Shown in pieces: positions 57,535-64,000 of a stretch of 64,000 bases of DNA (position 1 is the stretch's first letter; every line of letters begins with the position of its first letter). The notes below the pieces were generated by a model. The model ran no database searches and had not been told where the DNA came from. It was given only the letters and a program-made list of their open reading frames with translations. A program made the position numbers and the translations under genes. This DNA is from Prevotellaceae bacterium UBA2738 (GTDB lineage Bacteria; Bacteroidota; Bacteroidia; Bacteroidales; Bacteroidaceae), in contig DEJW01000005.1 of the NCBI GenBank assembly GCA_002353585.1, forward strand, positions 8,155 through 72,154, given 5' to 3'.

Positions 57535-58470
57535 TTACTTTTTCATAAGATGTTTCATACATTTCCTCAAGGAATGAGTCCAGTAAGGCACCTTCACGTC
57601 AAATGACTGCTTTACCTTAGTCTTGTCGAGCACAGAATATGGCGGACGCTTCACTGGTGAAGGGAACTCGTCGCTGTGGCAGGGCTGTATGTCGCAATCC
57701 TTGTTGCCTGCTATATCGGCTATCTTCATGGCGAAATCGAACCAAGAGCATACACCCTCGTTGGTATAGTTATAAATGCCGTTCTTGGAGTATTTCCTTG
57801 CACCTGTTGATGCCCCTTCCTCAGCAGTCTCTATCTTGTAGTCGAACAGTATTCGCATGATAGCCTCTGCCAGGTCGCCAGCGTAGGTAGGAGTGCCAAC
57901 CTGGTCGAACACCACGTTCAGCGAAGGTCTTGTGGCAGTGAGGTTCATCATGGTCTTTACGAAGTTCTTACCATATTCAGAATACAGCCAAGCCGTACGT
58001 ATTATAACATAGTTCACGCCTGTAGCGATGATGTTCTTCTCACCATCCAACTTGGTCTTACCATACACACCTGTAGGCTTGCCTTTCATATCCTCTGTGC
58101 AAGGCAGGTTGTTTGCTTCGCCGCCAAACACGTAGTCGGTACTGATATGGAGCAGCATACCCTTTGCCTTTTTCATCACCTGTGCAAGCAGTTTGGGTGC
58201 TTCGGCATTGAGCTTATGGCATAGTTCCTCGTCACTCTCAGCCTTGTCCACATTGGTGTATGCGGCACAGTTTACTATTACGTCGATGCCGTTATCTTTC
58301 ACCATCTTGGTTACGGCATCCACGTCTGTTATGTCAAGCTTTATGGTCTCCACGCCATCCTGCTCTACCAGGTCGGTAAAGAAGAATGTGTTGCTTGACC
58401 TTCTTGCCTTCAGGCGTATCTCGTTGCCTAACTGTCCGTTAGCTCCTGTTACAAGTATTTTCATAATCAC
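57535..58470 (-). CDS. rfbD: dTDP-4-dehydrorhamnose reductase
   Basis: 311 aa containing ILVTGANGQLG, NCAAYTNVDKAE, STDYVF and YGKTK. Confidence 0.85.
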   Translation of the reverse strand: MIMKILVTGANGQLGNEIRLKARRSSNTFFFTDLVEQDGVETIKLDITDVDAVTKMVKDNGIDVIVNCAAYTNVDKAESDEELCHKLNAEAPKLLAQVMKKAKGMLLHISTDYVFGGEANNLPCTEDMKGKPTGVYGKTKLDGEKNIIATGVNYVIIRTAWLYSEYGKNFVKTMMNLTATRPSLNVVFDQVGTPTYAGDLAEAIMRILFDYKIETAEEGASTGARKYSKNGIYNYTNEGVCSWFDFAMKIADIAGNKDCDIQPCHSDEFPSPVKRPPYSVLDKTKVKQSFDVKVPYWTHSLRKCMKHLMKK

Positions 58471-58478
58471 CTCCTTTG

Positions 58479-59351
58479 TTATACAGCCTTGAATGATAAG
58501 TCTAATCCCTTCACGCTATGGGTCAGTGCGCCGAATGATATGAAGTCAACGCCAGCCTTAGCGTATGGTACCATAGTCTCGAATGTGATGCCTCCTGATG
58601 ATTCCGTCTCGCACTGGTGGTTTACTATCTCCACTGCCTTCTTGGTGTCTTCAGGTGTGAAGTTGTCAAACATTATGCGGTCGGGCTTCTCGGCAAGAGC
58701 CTGCTCCAGTTCCTCAAAGTTGCGCACCTCCACCTCTATCTTGAGGTCTTTGCCCTTCTCCTTGCAATATTGCTTGGCGCGTGATACGGCATTGTGTATG
58801 CCACCAGCAAAGTCTATGTGGTTGTCCTTGAGCAGTATCATGTCAAAGAGTCCGATGCGGTGGTTCATTCCTCCACCTATCTTCACAGCCTCTTTCTCCA
58901 GCATACGCATTCCAGGGGTTGTCTTGCGTGTGTCGAGCACACGGGTCTTGGTGCCTGCATCTATCAGTGCCTGCTGGTATTTGTGGGTCATAGTGGCTAT
59001 GCCGCTCATGCGCTGCATGATGTTGAGCATCAGGCGCTCTGTCTGCAACAGACTCTGCACCTTACCACTTACTATCATCGCCACATCGCCCTTCTTCACC
59101 TCGGCGCCATCGTTTATCAGCACCTCCACCTCCAGTGTGGGGTCAAAGCGACGGAACACCTCCTTAGCCACCTCTATGCCAGCCAGTATGCCATCTTCCT
59201 TCACCAGCAGGCGACTCTTGCCCATAGCGTCGGCAGGTATGCAACTCAGCGTGGTGTGGTCGCCATCGCCTATATCCTCGGCAAAACTCAGGTCTATGAG
59301 TTTGTCGGTCAGTTCCTTCACTGTATGTTGATATAATTGGCTGTGATCCAT
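58479..59351 (-). CDS. nadC: nicotinate-nucleotide diphosphorylase (carboxylating) / quinolinate phosphoribosyltransferase
   Basis: 290 aa containing EDIGDGDHTT, DTRKTTPG, GGGxNHR, MLKDNH and SGGI. Confidence 0.9.
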   Translation of the reverse strand: MDHSQLYQHTVKELTDKLIDLSFAEDIGDGDHTTLSCIPADAMGKSRLLVKEDGILAGIEVAKEVFRRFDPTLEVEVLINDGAEVKKGDVAMIVSGKVQSLLQTERLMLNIMQRMSGIATMTHKYQQALIDAGTKTRVLDTRKTTPGMRMLEKEAVKIGGGMNHRIGLFDMILLKDNHIDFAGGIHNAVSRAKQYCKEKGKDLKIEVEVRNFEELEQALAEKPDRIMFDNFTPEDTKKAVEIVNHQCETESSGGITFETMVPYAKAGVDFISFGALTHSVKGLDLSFKAV

Positions 59352-59353
59352 AA

Positions 59354-59408
59354 CTTTTTGAACCCTTTTGAACTATTGAACCCTTTTAACTCTTGAACTC
59401 TTGAACTA
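59354..59408 (+). repeat. largest TTGAAC mini-array (about 6 units: TTTGAACCC, TTTGAACT, ATTGAACCC, TTTAACT, CTTGAACT, CTTGAACT)
   Basis: Fills the nadC-start / OMP-stop spacer. It shares the 15-mer TTTGAACTATTGAAC with 39146..39160. Confidence 0.8.
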
Positions 59409-59930
59409 CTTAAACGCCTCTTTTACAGAGTTCTGTATCTTGTTCTTTGGCAGGTAGATGCCCAGTCCTACCTTTATACCGATAGTAGAACGGTTCTTGT
59501 GGTCGCTCAGGCTCTGCTCATAGTAGAGAGCTGGCTCAATAGTCAGCGAATGGCTAACGAAGAAAGCATAGCCAATCTCCAATGCTGGCATGAAGTCGTT
59601 GTAGCTCTTTGTCTCATGCACATAGTTGCCGTTCAAACCAAGGAACAGACCATTCTGCACGATATAGTAACGTCCGCCGACACCTATTTTCAGGTCGTTA
59701 ACCTTTGACTCGCCGATGTGTTGGTAACCCACCTGACCGAAGAGTAGCCAGTTATCCTTAATAAACTGACCTGCACGAGCCTCTACGCCGATGTTCCATT
59801 TCTTGGCACCGTTATAGTTCAGGTCAAGACCTGTAACTGAAGCACCAATGAAGGTTTTACCACTCTCAAACTGTGCGTTTGCAACTGTTGTAATTGCCAT
59901 CATGGCAATCATCATCAACAACTTTTTCAT
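59406..59930 (-). CDS. small outer-membrane beta-barrel protein
   Basis: 174 aa with a signal peptide (MAITTVANAQ) and alternating beta-strand pattern. Confidence 0.6.
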   Translation of the reverse strand: MKKLLMMIAMMAITTVANAQFESGKTFIGASVTGLDLNYNGAKKWNIGVEARAGQFIKDNWLLFGQVGYQHIGESKVNDLKIGVGGRYYIVQNGLFLGLNGNYVHETKSYNDFMPALEIGYAFFVSHSLTIEPALYYEQSLSDHKNRSTIGIKVGLGIYLPKNKIQNSVKEAFK

Positions 59931-59964
59931 AATACTTTATATTTTTTAATTATCATTTTTTCAA

Positions 59965-61503
59965 TTATCTCACCCTCTCACCATATTTATTGGTCTTGTG
60001 CAGGGTGATGAACTTCTTGTTATACCAGATGAAGAATGAAAGCAGACAGATTACAGAAACCAATGCTCCTATCGGGTAGCCGTATTCCACAGGCATTCCT
60101 ATGGCATCCTTGCTTACGCAGAGGAAGGTAGCACATACGCAGGTCATGAAGATGGCTGGTATCATGGTGATGATGAACAGCTTATGCTTCAGAGCCAGAT
60201 AAACCGTGATAGCCCACAGGGTGAATACCGACAGCGTCTGGTTAGCCCATCCGAAGTATTTCCATATTGTGTTGAAAGAGTCAGGGTTGTCAAGTTGCCA
60301 TACGAGCAATGCTATGGATGCAGCAAACAAAGGAGCGCTGACCATCAGTCGTTTGCCGACAGGTCTCTGGTCTATGTGCAGAGCATCGGCAACTATCAGT
60401 CGCGCAGAACGCAGAGCCGTATCGCCGCTGGTGATAGGTGCTGCCACCACACCGAGTATGGCGAGTATGCCACCTACTACGCCCAGCCATCCCTCACACA
60501 CGGTCATCACCACCTTAGGGGCTGGGAAGAACTGTGTCACGGTGCGCTCCGACTGCCCTGTAAACTCAGCTACCATCTCAGGTGTGCACACCTCGCGCCA
60601 ACCCTCGTTGTAGAAGAACCAGCTGCTTACCGTTGCCCAGATGAGTGCCACGATGCCCTCTGTTATCATTGAACCATAGAATATAGGTCTGCCGAGCATC
60701 TCCGACTTCATGCAGCGAGCCATCAGCGGACTCTGTGTAGCGTGGAAACCTGAGATAGCGCCACATGCGATGGTTATGAACAGAGCAGGATAGATTGGGT
60801 CAGGATTGGTGATGCCGATTTCAGGTCCCATATTATGCAATCCGTCCCACACCTCAGGTATTGCAGGCCATCTCATGAAGAGCAGCACCATCAGTGCCAG
60901 TGCCATGAATATCAGTGAGATAGCAAAGAGCGGATAAATCTTGCCGATAATCTTATCTACTGGCATCATAGTTGCTATGATGTAATAGAAGAATATCACG
61001 CATATCCATACCAGCAGGTTGTCGAATCCGCCTACTGAAACTACCATATTGTTGATGAGCGAAGCAGGAGCGCTAACGAATACGGCACCCACCAGTATCA
61101 GCAACATCACGGCAAAGAAGAGCATCAGCTTTCTCATGGCGCTGCCCAGGTACTGACCCACGATGTCAGGCAGTCCGATGCCACCCTTTCTCAGACTTAT
61201 CATGCCGCTGAGGTAGTCGTGAGTAGCTCCGGCAAAGATGCAGCCGAACACTATCCACAGGTAAGCCGAGGTACCGAACCACATACCCATTATAGCACCA
61301 AAGATAGGACCTGTGCCAGCAATATTCAGGAATTGAATCATGAACACCTTCCACGTTGGAAGTGCCACGAAGTCAACGCCGTCAGCCTTGCGGATAGCTG
61401 GCGCAATCCTCCTCTTATCAGGACCAAACACCTTCTCTACGAACTTTCCGTAAATCAGAAAGCCCAAAACCAATGCTATGAGTGATATTAGAAATGTAAT
61501 CAT
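59965..61503 (-). CDS. cstA: carbon starvation protein A (CstA-family peptide/pyruvate transporter)
   Basis: Multi-TM protein with typical CstA blocks (FQFLNIAGTGPIFG-like MIQFLNIAGTGPIFGA; GAISGFHATQSP). The start is set at the ATG 61503 (MITFLISL...) because a TACCTTTG box (minus strand, 61526..61533) lies inside the longer track ORF. Confidence 0.85.
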   Translation of the reverse strand: MITFLISLIALVLGFLIYGKFVEKVFGPDKRRIAPAIRKADGVDFVALPTWKVFMIQFLNIAGTGPIFGAIMGMWFGTSAYLWIVFGCIFAGATHDYLSGMISLRKGGIGLPDIVGQYLGSAMRKLMLFFAVMLLILVGAVFVSAPASLINNMVVSVGGFDNLLVWICVIFFYYIIATMMPVDKIIGKIYPLFAISLIFMALALMVLLFMRWPAIPEVWDGLHNMGPEIGITNPDPIYPALFITIACGAISGFHATQSPLMARCMKSEMLGRPIFYGSMITEGIVALIWATVSSWFFYNEGWREVCTPEMVAEFTGQSERTVTQFFPAPKVVMTVCEGWLGVVGGILAILGVVAAPITSGDTALRSARLIVADALHIDQRPVGKRLMVSAPLFAASIALLVWQLDNPDSFNTIWKYFGWANQTLSVFTLWAITVYLALKHKLFIITMIPAIFMTCVCATFLCVSKDAIGMPVEYGYPIGALVSVICLLSFFIWYNKKFITLHKTNKYGERVR

Positions 61504-61525
61504 GAGCGTATTAATATTTACCATG

Positions 61526-61533
61526 CAAAGGTA
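61526..61533 (-). promoter_or_regulatory. -7 promoter box (TACCTTTG on the minus strand) for cstA
   Basis: TAnnTTTG match 22 nt upstream of the ATG at 61503. The divergent gene has its own TAACTTTG at 61566..61573. Confidence 0.5.
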
Positions 61534-61581
61534 CAAAAAAATTTGCTAAAACAAAAATAAAAGAGTAACTTTGTACTCGAA

Positions 61582-63297
61582 ATGAAGAAATTTTTTATCA
61601 CAACACTGCTTAACACCTTTTTTCTTGCTGTTATGACGGCAGGAAACGCCCCCACCCTCAGTATATATTCTCCTGTGACGGAACCATTGCACGAAGTGCG
61701 TGCCGTATGGCTTACCACCATCGGCGGAATTGACTGGCCACACTCCTATGCCCAGCCTTACCAGCCCCGTTCGGTGGAGGTGCAGCAACACGAGCTGTGC
61801 CAGATACTTGACCGCTTGGTCAAGGCAAATATCAATACCGTAATAATACAGACGCGCATCAGAGCTACCACCATATTCCCTTCTGACATGGAGCCTTGGG
61901 ACGGCTGTCTGAGCGGCAAACCAGGTCAGTCGCCTGGCTACGATGCCCTTGCCTTTGCTATCGACGAGTGTCACAAGCGCGGACTGAAGGTGCACGCCTG
62001 GGTGGTCACCATACCTTGCGGCAAGTGGAACGGAGCAGGATGCAAGAACCTGCGCAAAACCCACCCCGAACTGCTGAAGAGGATTGGCGAGGACGGTTTC
62101 CTCAACCCTGAGAATCCCGGCACAGCCGACTATCTGGCTCGCTTCTGCGGCGACCTTGCCAGCCGTTACGATATCGACGGCATACACCTCGACTACATAC
62201 GCTATCCCGACTCATGGGGCAAGATAGGCAATAGGGAGCGCGGATGCGACAATATAACACGCATAGTAAGGGCTATAGCCAGTGAGGTGAGAGACATAAA
62301 GCCTTGGGTGCAGATGTCTTGTTCGCCAGTGGGCAAATATGCCGACACCAAGCGCCAGTGGTCTCACGGCTGGAACGCCCGCGATGCAGTCTGTCAGGAT
62401 GTACACCTGTGGCTCAAGGAGGGACTGATGGATGCTATCTACCCTATGATGTATTTCAAAAACGAGAATTTCTATCCCTTCGCCATCGACTGGCAGGAGC
62501 GTTCTGAGGGCAGGATTGTGGCTCCGGGACTGGGCATATACTTCATGCATCCTCGCGAGAAGAACTGGCTGCTCACCGACATCACTCGCCAGTTCCACGT
62601 GTTGCGTCAGTTTGGCATGGGCAACTGCATGTTCCGCTCCAAATTCTTTACCGACAACACAAAGGGGCTCTACAACTACTTTGCCGATGGTTTTGCCTCT
62701 CTGCCAGCCCTGCAGCCTGCTATGACGTGGCTCAGCAACGTGAAGCCTGCCAGCCCCTCATACGTCCATTTTACTGGCAATGTGGTAAGTTGGGGAGAAG
62801 AGGTTCAAGGGTTCAAGGGTTCAAGGGTTCAAGATGTTACTTACAACCTCTACGGCTCTGACGTGATGCCAGTAGATGTGAGCAAGGCTGAGAACCTGTT
62901 GGCAGCCAATCTTACCGACAGGCAGATAAACGTAGGCAATACGGGCGCGATACGCTACTTCGCCGTTACGGCAACCGACCGCTATGGCAATGAGTCAAAG
63001 CCTACTTTCTCATACGCCACTGGGCATGATGAACACCCCGTTCCCTCTGCTCCCACCATGCTACCCTACTCTAACGGCGTGGTGACGCTCAATGGCACAG
63101 ATGCTTCAGCAGGCAAACTGATGATTGTAACCTCTGCCTACGGCAACGACATCTGCTCGGCTATCGTCAGCCGCTATGCTGGCAACACCACCATCCGCAC
63201 GGGCAAGCTCTCTGCAGGACTGTATAAGGTATATACCATTTACAAGAAAGGTCACCGCCACCTCCTGGGCTATTTTGCCGTGGATGTAGACAGGTAG
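61582..63297 (+). CDS. glycoside-hydrolase-like GHL10 (DUF187/YngK-type) family protein
   Basis: 571 aa with a signal peptide. VRAVWLTTIGGIDWP...INTVIIQTR...GYDALAFAIDECHKRGLKVHAWV...GIHLDYIRYP has the TIM-barrel pattern typical of this family. Confidence 0.75.
   Translation: MKKFFITTLLNTFFLAVMTAGNAPTLSIYSPVTEPLHEVRAVWLTTIGGIDWPHSYAQPYQPRSVEVQQHELCQILDRLVKANINTVIIQTRIRATTIFPSDMEPWDGCLSGKPGQSPGYDALAFAIDECHKRGLKVHAWVVTIPCGKWNGAGCKNLRKTHPELLKRIGEDGFLNPENPGTADYLARFCGDLASRYDIDGIHLDYIRYPDSWGKIGNRERGCDNITRIVRAIASEVRDIKPWVQMSCSPVGKYADTKRQWSHGWNARDAVCQDVHLWLKEGLMDAIYPMMYFKNENFYPFAIDWQERSEGRIVAPGLGIYFMHPREKNWLLTDITRQFHVLRQFGMGNCMFRSKFFTDNTKGLYNYFADGFASLPALQPAMTWLSNVKPASPSYVHFTGNVVSWGEEVQGFKGSRVQDVTYNLYGSDVMPVDVSKAENLLAANLTDRQINVGNTGAIRYFAVTATDRYGNESKPTFSYATGHDEHPVPSAPTMLPYSNGVVTLNGTDASAGKLMIVTSAYGNDICSAIVSRYAGNTTIRTGKLSAGLYKVYTIYKKGHRHLLGYFAVDVDR
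62802..62833 (+). repeat. (GGTTCAAG)x4 octanucleotide tandem repeat inside the GHL10 CDS
   Basis: Four perfect 8-bp units encoding VQGFKGSRVQD. The reverse complement CTTGAACC is the intergenic mini-array word. Confidence 0.9.
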
Positions 63298-63301
63298 ACA
63301 T

Positions 63302-63505
63302 GGAGACAATAGACAATAAGGTGGTTGCAACATACCAAAGATAAGAAACTGATGACACATTGTAAAATATTAAGGGTAAATATGAACAAAGTGTAAGTAG
63401 TATAATTTAATATCATATTATTATATAATTATATAATAATATGATATTACCCATAGTCAGCACCCTCCTCTCAGCAACTCGTCACGTGCTTATTGTCTAT
63501 TGTCT
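63302..63505. repeat. MITE-like inverted repeat with a central perfect palindrome
   Basis: There is a 17-bp perfect IR: AGACAATAGACAATAAG at 63304..63320 and its complement at 63489..63505, with imperfect extension to about 32 bp. It encloses an AT-rich core holding a perfect 42-bp palindrome at 63408..63449 (TAATATCATATTATTATATA|TATATAATAATATGATATTA). Confidence 0.85.
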
Positions 63506-63590
63506 ACGTGTCTCCGTCTCCAAAATAGGTGTAAGTGCCACAAATGTTAAAAACCCCGTCGCATTTTCCACCAATTTCGCCTCAAAACAT

Positions 63591-63669
63591 AAAAGCAATA
63601 CTTTTAGGTGGTAAAAGCATTACTTCTACAGCTAAAAGCATTACTTCTGCATCCAAAAGTAATGCTTTT
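63591..63669 (-). repeat. iteron-like array B: four 15-mers (AAAAGCAATACTTTT, AAAAGCATTACTTCT x2, AAAAGTAATGCTTTT) at 21-22-bp spacing
   Basis: Units start at 63591, 63613, 63634 and 63655. The middle two are exact reverse complements of the AGAAGTAATGCTTTT-type words of array A (37737..37793). Confidence 0.8.
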
Positions 63670-63722
63670 ACATCACCCCCTCGCAAGCCCCATAAACACT
63701 GGGCTCACGCGAATGTTAAATA

Positions 63723-63755
63723 CCCCGTTTTACTTGCGTGAACGGGGCTTTTTTG
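63723..63755 (+). terminator. intrinsic terminator oriented for the + strand
   Basis: CCCCGTT-11 nt-AACGGGG followed by CTTTTTTG. Confidence 0.6.
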
Positions 63756-63785
63756 TTAACTTTGTACACAGAAAAAACGGGGAGA

Positions 63786-64000
63786 TTATTTCCCCTGAGT
63801 GTTCTTTGACTTGTTGTTTCGTCGGTAGTTTCCTTTGTTTCCTTGCTTACCACCTTGTCTGCCACCATTCTTGCCACCCTGCTTGCCACCATTCTTGCCA
63901 CGATAGCGCTTGTTTGATTTGCCTGACGGTTTGCCTCCCTCCGTCACCTTATATTCGGGAGCCTCGCCAATGCCCTCTGGCAGAGTGTTCTTATGTATAT
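63786..64000 (-). CDS. C-terminal end of a gene entering from the right edge; basic Gly/Lys/Asn-rich tail resembling Bacteroidetes DEAD-box RNA helicase tails
   Basis: My reverse translation reads ...IHKNTLPEGIGEAPEYKVTEGGKPSGKSNKRYRGKNGGKQGGKNGGRQGGKQGNKGNYRRNNKSKNTQGK*, with the stop at 63788..63786. Only the low-complexity tail is visible, so the family call is weak. Confidence 0.35.
   Translation of the reverse strand, partial: IHKNTLPEGIGEAPEYKVTEGGKPSGKSNKRYRGKNGGKQGGKNGGRQGGKQGNKGNYRRNNKSKNTQGK

Noticed and set aside
55763-58470. rfbB-rfbC-rfbD cluster lacking rfbA
   Set aside because: The thymidylyltransferase is probably encoded elsewhere. The nucleotidyltransferase at 21536..22459 does not look like RmlA. 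The absence of rfbA from the window is not informative on its own.
58489-59336. Long antisense ORFs (280 aa and 180 aa) opposite nadC. Similar cases are 52834..53445 opposite the Na/Pi transporter, 61546..62187 opposite the GHL10 gene, 15357..15920 and 15883..16338 opposite the OMP and uvrA, 22868..23401 opposite nrnA, and 60184..60672 opposite cstA.
   Set aside because: These are shadow ORFs of strongly supported genes. Their compositions are Ser/Leu/Arg/His-rich, as is typical of antisense frames, and they contain no motifs.
61504-61536. 11-codon N-terminal extension of cstA (MYLCMVNINTL)
   Set aside because: A consensus -7 promoter box lies inside the extension, so the ATG at 61503 is the more plausible start.
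63535-63901. ORFs 63535..63741 (+) and 63716..63901 (-)
   Set aside because: The first is a translation of the iteron repeats (KSITSTAKSITSASKS). The second is out of frame with the better-supported Gly/Lys-rich C-terminal tail of the gene entering from the right edge, and it crosses the terminator hairpin.

Overview
This is a 64-kb stretch of a Bacteroidales chromosome that looks Prevotella/Segatella-like. Supporting signs are TAnnTTTG -7 promoter boxes in front of many genes, T9SS sorting domains, a BspA-type LRR gene and the overall gene content. Most of the window is densely packed housekeeping: tkt (partial), ftsK/LolA-like/rnz, a pantothenate/CoA supercluster (panB-panC-panD-coaBC-coaX plus a divergent DUF2520 oxidoreductase), uvrA, lpxK/PNP/thiL, recJ-recQ, prfC, hisS-purA, folD, ffh, rfbB/C/D, nadC and cstA. 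Between about 24.1 and 38.3 kb lies a roughly 14-kb accessory island. It starts at a 5'-truncated LRR gene, contains a second gene remnant, and carries an AbiEi/AbiEii abortive-infection pair followed by a PfkB kinase. It ends in a 1.8-kb ORF-free region rich in hairpins. The stand-out is a tightly coupled four-gene minus-strand operon (28137-34151) with its own promoter box. It encodes a double-SIS/HAD-phosphatase fusion, a PRTase-fold protein, a 609-aa P-loop NTPase and a 379-aa protein with no recognisable motifs. I cannot match this combination to any named defence system, so I flag it as the best candidate for an undescribed conflict system, possibly nucleotide- or phosphosugar-based. Several short repeat families are also described: 21-bp-phased iteron arrays present twice in inverted orientation, dispersed TTGAAC mini-arrays including an in-CDS octamer repeat, and a perfect 42-bp palindrome inside a MITE-like inverted repeat. 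No rRNA, tRNA, CRISPR array, integrase or transposase was recognised. All calls rest on reading the translations and sequence by eye; no database search was possible.
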